DNA of 64,000 bases from Eledone cirrhosa (taxonomy: Eukaryota). Made by a program: the position numbers and the translations under genes. The DNA is taken from assembly GCA_964016885.1 (NCBI GenBank), contig OZ024740.1:396676001-396740000 (forward strand), in the 5' to 3' direction. How positions within the stretch are numbered: the first letter of the stretch is position 1; the number at the start of each line of letters is the position of its first letter. Below, in pieces: positions 13,501 to 25,759 of the stretch. Under the pieces are notes generated by a model that worked only from the letters and a program-made list of their open reading frames with translations, made no database searches and was not told the origin of the DNA.

Positions 13501-13831
13501 AAAAAAAAAAAGAGAACCCAGACATTGTTGTAATGGATTGAATTATAAGATATATTTGAAATTATAACATAAATTTGAGAGAACATTGAAAAGCAAACAA
13601 GTGATAGTTCTAGTTTTCTATATTTACTTCTAAGCTATTTTTACTATACTTTATTAATCATTAATAATGTTGTCTGTTAATTCCTTGACAGAATGGTTAC
13701 ATAATCTAATTTGCTCTCAGACATAGTACAAGTTATGAAGGAGGTGGCAGTGGTAGTATTTTATGATGAAATTTTTAATGTATATAGGTGATAGGTTATG
13801 TGCCTGTATAAATATGTATGTATGTATGTAT

Positions 13832-14760
13832 TATGTCGGGTCACTCTTGAGTGCTACTGGTAACATGTAACCCAGTACAACCTGTCGCATGGTCGGGTCG
13901 TCAGCGACTAAACTGGCAACCCCACCAAGTTTACTTGGTGAGGAGGGTGATTTTGGACACACTGCAGGACAACAAACAAAACCTGACAAAGGGCGGAAGA
14001 ACTCATAAGAGTCAACGGCCATCCCCCCAAAATATATAAATATGTATATACACCTGTACATATGTATGTATATGTATATGCATATGTGCATGTGTATGTA
14101 TATGCACGGGGACATAGAAATAGTTGGGCTGGGTACCTGATCGCGCGGTCAAACCACTGGGAGTGAAGGACCCCTAGCCTTTGTTAGGGCAACCTTCTAG
14201 GAGAAGGCAACTTAGGAAACTGGGATAACTCCGACATAAAACCTGCGGCTCAGTAGTTACCGATGATGTTGATCGTTTCTTCTTTTTAGGTTATAGCTAC
14301 TGTCGGTCAGAGAGTGGGATTGGCTCAGTGCACAGTCTTTCCTCACTTTTAAAAAAATCTTCACGCATAATCATTGCATGATAGATTAATTAATAATTAT
14401 TTAATAATGGTATATCGTGCAATGGCCATACTCAATAACGAGGGGGCAGCCATCATGCATGCATGCATGCATACATGCATACATGTATGTATGCATGCAT
14501 GTATGTGCAGGGACATGGAAATATTCACTAGAGTGCGAGACCCTTAGCTCTTGTTAGGACATCATTTTAGGAGAAGGAAAATTCTGATGTAAAACCTGTG
14601 ACTCAATGGCAGCTAATGATGTTGACCTGTTCTTCTTTTTGGATAACTGTTACTGTTGTTCAGAAAAGTGGCTTGGTTCATTGCAACGCTTTTCTTCACT
14701 TAAAAAAAGTTTCAAGCACAGGCATCACTTGATCTAAATGACTATCAGGCGTGTTGCCTG
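13832..14760 (+). mobile_element. RTE-like 5' UTR-derived non-coding repeat; two related segments (14105-14420, 14505-14760) separated by microsatellites
   Basis: Internal duplication GGGACAT.GAAATA..GACCC.TAGC..TTGTTAGG..TAGGAGAAGG.AA..TAAAACCTG.G.CTCA..GATGTTGA; CpG-richer than flanks. Family assignment is inference. Confidence 0.5.
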
Positions 14761-15684
14761 AACATGGCTTTTTCTTTTTTCTTTCACTGCAGCATATGCA
14801 AGAAGGATTAACAAGTTTTGTTCATGCCACCCATGCATGAATAAAAGATCAAGGGATGGCAATTCTTCAAACTGAGATGCAACCATTATGTATGTACGTA
14901 TATATGTACATATGTACGTACATTAACTAGTTAAATAGAGATTGACAAGATAGACAAACTAATAAGATATTTATTCTTTCTTTTATTTTAATGGTTTCAA
15001 GAATTCTGGATTGTCAGAAAAAAGGTTAGCAGTATTTATTTGAGTTCTTTACAGTCTGAGTTCAAATCTCATTAGGCCAACTTTGTCTTTCAGGGTCGAT
15101 AAAATAAATTACCAGTAAAAAACTAGGCAATATAAACGAGTTTCCCCACCCCTTTAATTGTTGACTTTATGTCTAAAGTAGAAATCATTATTTTACTGGT
15201 TTCACCTTTCAGCATTCATTCATCCATCAGGTGTCTGTGCATTGCTGATTAGTGGAGTTTTTTCAAACAGCTGTTGTAGCGTGAAGGACAGATTTAGCTA
15301 TTGGGTGACTGCATTGCAAATTGTTGCTGATTTTACCCGCAGGTCATCTCTGATCAAGTGGAATTTAAGCGATGATCATTTCGTCAGTTTCATGTTTTTC
15401 AGATACACTATATCAAGGGTCACATCACCCAATAATATTTTTTATAAAAAAAGTAGGGGATGATTTGAAGGAGATTTTCCTGTGATTTTTAGCAGGTTAA
15501 GCAATCCCATTTGACAAAAGGAAAGTTTTATGTACAGGTTGCTATTACATTTGATATAGATTCACTATCCTAGCAGCTGGTAGAGAAAACAATTCCAAAT
15601 TTTGTTGTTCAGAAGAGCAGTGAATATTATCCAGCATCTGAAGACTTTCATTTAAGAAAGACACAATAACAATAGGCACATTCC

Positions 15685-15845
15685 TTAACCACACGGTTGT
15701 GTGGTTAAGGAATTTACTTCACAACCACATGGCTTCAGGTTCAGTTTCAGTCCCACAGTGTGGCATTTTGAGTAAATGTCTCTTATTATAGTCTCATATT
15801 GATCAATTGCTTGAGATTGAAATTTGGTAGATGGAAAGTGTGCAA
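15685..15845 (+). mobile_element. Old tRNA-derived SINE (third family)
   Basis: GGTTGTGTGGTTAAG..GGTTCAG..GTGGCATTTTGAGTAAATGTCTCTT..ATTTGGTAGATGGAAA; reverse copy at about 34645-34800. Confidence 0.6.
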
Positions 15846-16590
15846 AAGCCTGTTTTTGATAGACTGGCATGATATCCAGGGCAAAGTAAAACCAGTTGCT
15901 TATCATCAAGGAAACCAGGATAGGCACCAGCCAAATGAGCCCCTGGGTTTGAGACAGACTTTGGACTTTAGACTAATGCAAGATCACGCCAATCACCAAA
16001 GACACCATAAACAAATGCCTCTCTTCCCTCTGTTCTCTCCAGGCTACAGACACATGCTTAGAGTAAGTCCACTCATTCAGACTATTCTTGCTACATTCAC
16101 CCATCTTTTAACAAATATACTGAGGAGGGGGAGTACTTCCTTCTCCCCTCTCATTGATCTTTTCAAGTAGAACTTGAAAAGATCAATGAGAGCCAAAGAG
16201 ATATGTGCTTGTCTTCAGTCTTTTCAGTCTCATCCAGCATATAACCTCTTTGACCATAGCCACCAAAACAAAGGAACACTGCCTGCTCTTCCTGGACAAA
16301 AGAAAGTAGTGGGGTGATTTTCAAGATGGAATCACCTGATAGCTGGATCTCTCCTTCATACTACAACAGCTGTTTAAAAAAAACTCCACAATGCATGGAC
16401 ACTGGATGAATGCTTGCAGAAAGTTAAAACCAGTAAAATAACAAAAGAAAGAATAATAACTATTGTATCAGTTTATCAGTCTGTTCAACCTCTGTTTATC
16501 CATTTGACAAATATCTATATATCTGTCCATCTATCACTTTATCTCTCTATTGATCCACTTGCACAATTATCTGTCTGTCTGCCTATTTAT

Positions 16591-17147
16591 CACCGAGTCT
16601 ATTGTAATGATCAAGCCGCCTCCCCCCTTCAAAGATGAAGGAGAGGCAGTGTTTCTGTGCGTAATAGCCATGGTGAAAGAAGTTGTATGGTGGACGCGTC
16701 TGAAAGGACTGAGGTCAGGCACCTTTCTCTCTGGCCAACAACTGGTCCGTTTCTTCCGATATCATTTCAGAAGAAGGATCAGGATGGAGAGAGAGGTGCT
16801 CCACCCCAGTCGTGTTTATGAAAGGTGGGTGAAAGTGGCGAGAATGGCCCTTGTGAATGGGCCTTCTCTTTACATAAGCCTGTAGGTGGAAAAGAGGAAG
16901 GAACGAGGGAGCACCCCCTCTCTGTGCTCCTGAGGAAAAGGTTTGCACACTTTTTTCGAGGGTGTGTGCGACCCCCCAAGGCGCCTCCTCTCTATTGAGG
17001 ATTTTGTTATAAATTTTATTTTTTGTTATATTTTATTTTATTTTATATATTGTTATTGCCTCCTCCTTATTGAGGACGCCTTTTTGTGTAAACTCCCCCC
17101 TTTGTACTTGTCCCACTTTTGATGCCCTGGTTGCAAATAAAAGAAAC
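16591..17147 (+). mobile_element. L1/Tx1-like LINE 3' end (ORF2 C-terminus, 3' UTR, AATAAA)
   Basis: Open frame ...VFLCVIAMVKEVVWWTRLKGL...ERWVKVARM* then T-rich UTR and AATAAA; same family as 63240-63850, which shows the CCHC knuckle. Confidence 0.8.
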
Positions 17148-17207
17148 ATATCTATTTATTTACCTAAGCATTAATGTCAGTAGTCAGATATCTACCACCA
17201 CCACCCT

Positions 17208-17238
<31 letters not shown>

Positions 17239-18481
17239 GCTCAATTGAAAATGTCCATGTGTCTGCATATCCCTGACTATAATTTTGCTAATATTTGTTG
17301 AGTAAACTATTATTGAGTAAATATTTGAGGCATAGCTAGAGGCTTCAGTGAGTGGAGCCATTTAGGAGTTAGACAATTGATCATTTTATGAGCAGGTCAT
17401 AGGTCTCAACTGTCTGTTTATCTGAATCTCCTCATCTATCTATCTGTCTGTAGATATACTTCAGTCTGTCAGCCTGCCTGACTGACTGTGTGTAACGATT
17501 AACAAACTAGTAGTTAAGTGACCACAAGCTCTAGTATTAGTATTTATAATAACACCAAGCTGATAATAACAGTGACCAAATAGGCTACCCCCACTTCCAA
17601 AAATCAAAGAAAGGAAGAAGAAAAAAACTACAGATTTTCAGAAGACCAGGTAAATAACTACTAGTTGTAAAATCGAAGTAACAGTGACTGACATATCATG
17701 AATCAGCTGATAAGCATCAATGTGCAAGAGACTGCAGCAGTCGTAGCAGCTACAAAAGTATTGATTTCTTTTAAGCTAGCAATTGTCTGAAGATTGAAGA
17801 ATTTTCCCTCCACAAGAATAACAAATAACAGAAAAATCAAGCAATATAACTAGAAAGCACTCAGAACTACAAAGGTAACCAAATACTAAGTCGGATCAGT
17901 AACAGATAGAAGGGAAGTGTTTTTAATGGCACCAATTCTACTTGCAGCTTCCTGTTTGCTGCCCTGAGGCTTTAAACTACATAAATGGAGAATTTTAATT
18001 TTTATTGTGTGTGTATATGTGTGTGTATGTGAATGTGTAAGTGCATGTATGTGTGTGTGTGCTATTTTTACTTCAGTTTTGTTTTCCTTCATTACACTAC
18101 ATCCATCCAGCAACCACCAAACATCCACTCAATATCACCATCAACAAATCCAAACGCCTCCACTACCAATACAAACTTCATCCACCACCAACCACTGCAA
18201 CTCTCCATCACCACCACCATAACAACACTATAACCATCAACTACCACATCTGTTGCCAACCATACATATAATAGCTATCATTTTACACCTTCACTTTACT
18301 CATTAAATCCACCTCACACTCCCACCTCACTAATCTCTCTATCCATTCAATCATTTTAGTCAATTTAAAAATTTTATTTTTTAAAAAGCAAAAAAAGAAG
18401 ATATTCTATATCATTGTAACCATTTTCGTGAACTTTTGTAGGGACACACACACAGACACCTTCAAACACAATCATGTGCAC

Positions 18482-18484
<3 letters not shown>

Positions 18485-18552
<68 letters not shown>
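18485..18552. repeat. (CA)n microsatellite
   Basis: Pure CA run. Confidence 0.97.
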
Positions 18553-18556
<4 letters not shown>

Positions 18557-19029
18557 CAAACAGCTGCAACATCAATAGACTCAGCAATTGTGCTGGACTG
18601 CCAAAAGCCTGCAGAGAATCCAACAAAACTACAAATAGCATACTCCTTGCTCTTTACTGTAAACATTCCAGGAACTTTCAATTATGTAAAGAAAGCTTGA
18701 TCAGCAAAATAGATTCATACACATTGGTGCCCATTAAATCTTCCTACTGTTATACTGTACCTTACACAACAGGATATAACAACTACACAACACCATATAA
18801 AGCATTATGAAACAGTAGAATCTGAGAAAACTGTTGATTATTGGCCCCACAAAGTGTTTGATATCAACATTCAGGGATCAATTGAAATTTTTAGACAAAA
18901 CCCTGATATTTGCATAAGTAATCAAAATACATAGAATAATACAATAAGACACAACTTGCTTACACCAGTTTCTGCGTAACATCCTCTTCTTTGTAACATG
19001 GACTAGTTCCACCAGATGGATGAAGCTTT

Positions 19030-20035
19030 ACTACAGTGGAGAGAACTGGGTTTGTCAGCTCCCAGTACTGATTTGGATAGAAGGAAGCAGAGAGTATGGG
19101 ACAATTTGCGATCGAGCTGAACTTTTAACTCTCTCTTTGAGCATTCTGATCAATTTTCTAGGTGCTGCTTACTTTCTGCAAGTGCAAAGTTCTCAGAGGA
19201 TTGGATTGATGCCCTGCCTGTGGCTAGCATTGGTGGTCTTTTCACTCAAGATGAGTTCTGCATCTCTATTGCACTCCGAGTGGGAGCTGATGTCTGTGGG
19301 GGTCTGAGATGTTGCTGTAGTATGTCCCTCAACTCTACAGGCCTACATGGTTTGTCCAGCCGCCTGAATGCTGGTAAATATCCCCTCAGTTCTGGAGTCG
19401 GCTGGATTATCCAGAAGTGATGGGAAGAGATCAGATGGCCTACCCTTTGTCCTTGGGTAAGAGGCAGGTGTCTCATCTGTGATGTCACAGTCATTGACTC
19501 TTTCACTCCCTCCCTCATCATGGAAATGTGAGGGCCACTGCTTCCGTTGCCAAATGAAATAAAATCCGAAAATACTGGGAACTATCCAACAATTATTTTT
19601 CCCAGCCTGTGGCATTTGAGACGTTTGGAGGAGTTGGGTCATTGATAGCAAAGTTCTTATCGTTGGCGGGTCACCTTACTGAGGTATCAGGTGATGCCTG
19701 TGAGGGTGCCTGGTTGTTTCAGCACCTTAACCTAGCCATCACCTGTGGTAATGCTGCAAGCATATTGGCTTGTCTCAAAATATTCTGTTGATTCTTGTGT
19801 TGTGTGACCGATTGTTGCACTTGGTGGTGGATTGATGGTCGTTTTTTGTTTTTATTTCCCTTTTTTTCTTTTCTTTTCCTTTCTCTCGCACTAGTCATAT
19901 ATTTTGGTACGTTGTATTTGTGAGGTTCCTAACAATAGTTAATTTTATTTGTTATGTGCGTTTATATTTTTATTCTAAAAGAATTGTGAGTAATTTGTAA
20001 TGTTATTTACGTATGTATTTAAAACAAATAAAAAA
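19030..20035 (+). mobile_element. CRE-like non-LTR retrotransposon 3' remnant (restriction-like endonuclease domain)
   Basis: Frameshifted pieces LRVGADVC..GLHGLS, DGKRSDGL..PW.RGRCLICDVTVIDS, KIRKY, FETFGG, WLFQHLNLAITCGNAASILACL fit the RLE motif R.DG..DVT..K..KY..FQR.S.A..RGNA; AATAAAAAA end. Confidence 0.75.
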
Positions 20036-21004
20036 TTCTGATTTCATAAAAAGAAATTATATATGACTAACAGAAATACTACTTATTATCTGGGTTGTTT
20101 TCTGCTGGAGTAAATGTGTGTGTATTTTGTAATGTATCTATCAATGTATACAAATGTAAGAGAATGGAAAACTATATTTTTGGCATACAAATGATATGAA
20201 CTCGTACTGACATATTTCTTCTTGTGGTACATTTAATTTATTACAACAGATGATGATTCTCTACAAAATGTTGGTGCCCAAGCAATGATGGGATTTGAAC
20301 CAGTAATAATTAGAGACATGATTGAAACAGCCCATCAAAGTACCTCTGATGAAATTCGAATACTTATTGATTTTTTAATAAAATATTTTTTGTTTGGTCT
20401 CTCTGATATTCCATAGCCTCTATTCTAGAAGTAGATAGTTCAGGAAAAACTGCAATCACTTATAATTAAACAGTTTTGGGATCCTTGGCATGTACAGTAG
20501 ATGGTTTGCACTGGCAAATAGTTTATACAGCATGGTTTGACTACTACATAGACCCCTTCACTATACAAAACAGCTTGATTATCATATCACATCCAATAGG
20601 CCTGATTGACACATTATAAAGGTATTTATAATTACCTTATATACGTGAATATAATCTGACTCCCTATTTTATGTCTGAGAAATAGTAAAAATTCAAACAC
20701 TGTATATAAACTGAGGTAGCTAATCAACACAGTATGTTTAGATGGCATGGTTTTGAAATTTTCATGAGTGGAGAATATATTTATAAAGTTTTTATATTTG
20801 ATATGACAAATGTTTTAAGAGTCGTTTTGAGTATAGTTTTTGTTTCTCAGCTCCATTATAAGACTCCATTTATCAGTCTTATAAAGTTTCAAGTTACTTG
20901 AATTTTTGTTTACTCAAATGCTGGGAGTATTTTGCTTTTTTAGCAGACAATAATAGTGCCATCTCCTGAATGTAACAGCTTTATATTTAATATACATACA
21001 GTAT

Positions 21005-21232
21005 TCCCCACCCCACCCATCCACTGTAAAGTGGTCGTGTAGGTGTCACGACAAAAAGCACCCAGTCCACACTGTAAAGTGGTGATGTAGGCATCATGAC
21101 AAAAAGCACCCAGTACTCACTGTAAATGAGGTTGGTGTTAGGAAGGGCATCCAGCTGCAGAAACCAAGCAAAAATCAGTACTGTATGATCAAGACATGGT
21201 CACTTGACCTAGCATTGCCCTCAACAGGACAA
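21005..21232 (+). mobile_element. RTE 3' UTR fragment
   Basis: Repeated AAAAAGCACCCAG..CACTGTAAA units and GGTTGGTGTTAGGAAGGGCATCCAGCTG, as at 11460-11700. Confidence 0.8.
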
Positions 21233-22870
21233 CCACATTGATGCCCAGTGATCTGAGGTCATTGACCAGATGTCTCTGCTTCCAAGGCAACCCCAAATTA
21301 CATGCATTTACACTGCCTTCCTAATTGTGGCCATGTTTGGTGAAGAGTAAGAAAAACTGAGAAGGGCCACTACCTTAGATTTTTTGGGAAAAGGATTGTT
21401 GAACCGTCCATCCTGTTGGTTGTGGGTTCTTGCACTGAAATGTCTGTATATATTCTTGTGAAGAGTGCTCCTTGGAAGTCTCCAATTGAATCAGGGAATT
21501 TTGTTTTTAAGTGTGTGTATGTGTTTTGTATGATTTGTAGTTAGTATGATTTTTTTGGGGGTGTAATAAAGTCTTTTTGTCTAATTGTGGTGTAAGTAGT
21601 TCAATAGTTTTGTGTTGTTAGTGTTTATTGTTGTGTAGTGTGTGATGTTTGTTTCTTTTTGTTGTATTTGTTGTAGTTATTGTTGCTGGTGTTGTGGGTT
21701 TTGTTTTGTTTGGGATGTTGTTGGTGACTGTGTTCGTTGAAGTGTTGATGTTGGCTGTGGGTGAGTGTGCATGTGTTTGTTGCTTCTAGGATTTTTTTTC
21801 TCTTCCTCCCTCTTTTTTTTTAGGCAAAGAAAGGGAGTTTTTTTTTCTTTTCTTTTTTTGGACAGACTCCTCACCCTTATTGGAAAATATATCCAAATGA
21901 GGGATGTTGGGGAGTGGCATGTCTTCGATGGCCATTAGTGTTGTTGCTGGTAGTGGTGGTCCTGATGGTGCTATTGTTGGTGGCATTAATCTTGCTGTTC
22001 TTGATGATTTGGTTGTTGCTGTTGTAGCTGCTATTACTGGTGTTGGTTGTTGCTGTTGTAGCTGCTATTACTGGTGTTGGTTGTTGCTGTTGTAGCTGCT
22101 ATTACTGGTGTTGGTTTTGCTGTTGTTGTTTTTTAGTGTTGGTGTTGTTGCTATCTAGGTTGTTGTTAGCGTTAGTAGAAGCTAGGTTTTTCTGTTTTTT
22201 CCTTTTAGTGTTGGGCAGAAGGCTCCAAAATAATTTGTTGAAAGACAAATGTGACACTTGGCCTCCTTTCTATCCTAATAGGTAGGATGCTGCTGCCTTT
22301 GAGACGTATTTGCTCAGGTATGGCATCTATATTCCTTTGTGTTGTTAGGATGAGGATTTCAACCCCCTTCCTCGACCATTTTCTTTTTTAGTTTGGTAAA
22401 TCTCAAGGATTTTCAAGTTTCCCTCGATGCCTACCAGAACTGTTGCTATTAGCCAAGGAAATGCTATTTAAGGCAGCACCTGTTACACATGGATCCTTAC
22501 ATGGATCTGTCTGCAATAGTAAGAGACTAGCAGGATCTTGTTACTCTATAAGGGTTTTAGGGAGTGAGATTTTGCTTCTTCTTCTGTTGCAAGTCTTACC
22601 TCTACTTTGCCCAAACCGTTGCCCCTTTGTATGAAAGTTTTTTTTGTTCCATATGGAACCTAAAGCTTTCTGTAGTTGAGACTCTGTTGCTCTTTCCACC
22701 TTCCTAGTTTTTAATCCAATAATACGATACGTTATGGTCTGACATATCATATTATGGATATTTCAAAGGGATGTTGAGGTTGATAATGTGGCTGTCTCTT
22801 TCCACCAACCCTCTTGCTTGTTTTACTTCTTCCTCAGAGAACGTAATTTTCGAAAAAGAATTTTTCATAA
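21226..22870 (-). mobile_element. Degenerate LINE 5' portion (ORF1-like region and start of AP endonuclease), probably L1/Tx1-like
   Basis: Minus strand near 21230-21300 reads LPWKQRHLVNDLRSLGINVVVL (APE N-terminus pattern); upstream broken frame with a CxxC (KCHIC) and a low-complexity T/Q/N-rich linker that includes three 35-bp tandem repeats at about 22010-22115. Confidence 0.5.
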
Positions 22871-23459
22871 CACTAGTGAAAAATAAGTTTTGGTAGTGAT
22901 GGTATTATTTATTGATTGACTTCTTTTTTTGTTATTGTTGTTGTCGTTGTTTTCATTGTTATTGTCTTTTTTGATTTTATTGCTGTTGTTATTTTTGCTG
23001 CTGTTGCTTTTGTTGTTGTTTTCATTGTTATTGTTGTGGCTGTTATCATTGTTGTTATTCTTGTTGGATGTGTTTCCAATATTATTCTGTGTTTAAAACT
23101 ATATTATTTAAAATAATATGGTTTTGTTTTCTTTTTGAGTCCATCTCCAATATAGAGATACTGCCTTCCCCACTTTTTGCTTTAGTTGGTGATAGCAGCT
23201 CTCTCTATGAGATCTTTCGATGCATTCTTTATGTTTGGTATCAGAATCCATGTATATAAATTTTTGTAAAATAGGGGGTGTCACATCAACATGACTGACC
23301 CACCTGTGAGAATCAGGCCAGTTTCTCCAAACTTTTGTCAAGTCTAAAACTTGAACAAAAGTTTAGAGATGGTCAAAATAAACAAAAATAATGCAAACTT
23401 TATGGAGCCTATGTGAAGCATGGCTTCTATCTTAGTAGTCAATAATGATAATCAATATT

Positions 23460-23820
23460 AATAATTTCTAATATAAGCACAAGGCCAGTAATTTTGGGGG
23501 AAGGGAAAGTCGATTAAATCGACCCCAGTACATTACTGGTGCTTTATTTTATTGACCCTGTAAGGATGAAAGGCAAAGTTAACCTTGACAGGATTTGAAC
23601 TAGGACCATAACTCTATGCTGCAAAGCATGCTGTCTGACTATCGATACTGCCAATCCACCGCCCTGATGATAATCAATAACAATAATAATTGTTTCTACA
23701 TTTGGCACAGGGCCAGCAATTTGAAGTGGGAGGGGAAAGTCGAATAAATTGACCCCAGTATGTTACTGGTACTTTATTTTATCAACCCCCGTAAAGATGA
23801 AAGGCAAGGCTAGCCTTAGT
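23460..23820 (-). mobile_element. Two adjacent SINE family B copies (23460-23665 near full length; 23686-23820 partial)
   Basis: Both carry GGCCAG.AATTT..GGGAAAGTCGA.TAAAT.GACCCCAGTA..TTACTGGT.CTTTATTTTAT..ACCC..TAA.GATGAAAGGCAA. Confidence 0.88.
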
Positions 23821-23974
23821 GGAACAATAATAATAAAAAAAGGCATGCCTACTCGAAACAGCAAGAATCCTCTGATACATCCTGAATATTGGAAGCTGGT
23901 GGAAGCGGCTTGATGTTCAGGCCAAACTTTCCGGTTAAATAACATCAATGACTGATATCAAAATAATAATAATA

Positions 23975-25345
23975 ACTAAACACCTGGAAAAAAACAGCCT
24001 GCTTCCAGAAGATCAGAAAAGAACACTACAGACAGATTGATTAGATTATTACTTAGAACTGAACCTAAATGCAAAGAATAAGGTAATTAACATCAATACT
24101 CTGGGCAATCCAAGTAGTAAGCTATAGTTTTAATATTCTGAACTGGAGACTAAAAGAACTAGCTGGAATAGACAGAAAAACAAGAAACATAATGACTGCA
24201 TTTAGAATACAACATCCAAAATCAGATGTAGAAAGATTATACCTACCACAACCAAATGGAGGAAGGGGTCTTATGCAACTAGAAAACTGTTATAAAATAA
24301 CTACTGTAGGACTACAAAAATATCTAATGAAGAACAAAAGATAGTTAATAGAAATAGTTATGAAACATGAACAAAACAAAAAAATGTACTCTATCTTCAA
24401 GGAGGCCAATATATTCAAAGCAGAAATCAGATTAACAGATAGGTGTAAGGAAAATGAAAACAAATAAGAAACAACAACATAAATTGTAAAAAGACTTAAA
24501 ATCTAAACTGAAAACAGTCCTCTAGAATACCATGTTCAAATAAGGGCAAGAAAAACCCTTACATGAGTAATACCTGAAAAAGTTGAATAGAGAGGAATTA
24601 GACAAACAAAACACACATAAGTGGCTATAAAGCACTGAACTAAAAGCTGAGATGGAAGGATTTCTAGTTGCAGCACAAGACCAAAGCTTCCCTATCACCA
24701 GAAGTACATAATGAAGCAGTACAAAGTAAGTAACTGGAGGTGGAGAAGAAACAATTAACCACATTATCTCTGGCTGCTCAGTCTTAGCCAAAAATGATAG
24801 AGTAGGGACTTACATACACTGGAAATTATGTCAACATTATGAAATACAAACAGACAAAAGATGGTACAGACACACCAGAAAAGGTAACAGAGAATGACAA
24901 AGCAACCATCTCTGGGATATGCCACTACATACAGACAGGGACATCAGGCCAACTGACCAGTCAACGACTACAAAGACAAAAAAAAATGTCTTCTAATAGA
25001 TGTATCAAACCCCACAGACGACAATATATCTACCAAAGAAATGGAGAAACTATCCAAATGTAAAGATCTAGAGATAGAAATAACCTGAATGTGGATGATG
25101 AAGACAAACAATACCTGTAATAATAGGTGCTCTGGGAATGATAAAAAAACTCAGACAGATACATAACCAAAATCCCAGAACTTACAAATATATACAACAT
25201 ACAGAAAATAGCACTACTAGGCACTGCACACATATTACGAAGAGTTCTCTCAATATAATAGAAACAGCGCCACCAAAAATCACACTGCACATACCCAAGG
25301 TGCACAGAGCTGTACTCAGTAATGCAATAATAATGTGCAAAATAA
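23975..25345 (+). mobile_element. R4/Dong-like non-LTR retrotransposon remnant (RT thumb and RLE), internally deleted and frameshifted
   Basis: Fragments LNAKNKVI..IDRKTRNIM..HPKSDVERLYLP..GGRGL, TELKAEMEGFLVAAQDQS, ETINHIISGCSVLAK, YIHWKLCQHY, TPEKVTENDKATI, CLLIDVS, KDLEIE, IGALG, QKIALLGTAHILRRVL; flanked by AAT repeats. Confidence 0.85.
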
Positions 25346-25759
25346 TAATGATGATGATGATGGTAATAATAATAATATCAAAAGCAACAATTACAACAAC
25401 AACAATTATAGAGTGTTATGTAAAGGTAGTACAGTATGTGGCAGAAACAGATAGTGTTACAAGCCGTAATATCAGACAGTAATACTAAACAGTAATGGCA
25501 AACATTAATGGTAAACAATAATAAACAAGAATAACAATGATGTATGGGGGAAGGAGGTGGAGGCATAGGTAAGAATTGGGTAGATGAAAGATGATATTCA
25601 AAATAATAAAGAGATCAAGGAAAAATAAGATGGAAAATAGCAGAAAAGTAGAAAGCATGGTAACTATTATGTAAATGTTACAATGTTATATAATAATTTA
25701 GGTACAAGGCCAGCAATTTCGATTAAATCGACTCCAATGATAGCATTATGATAGAAACG

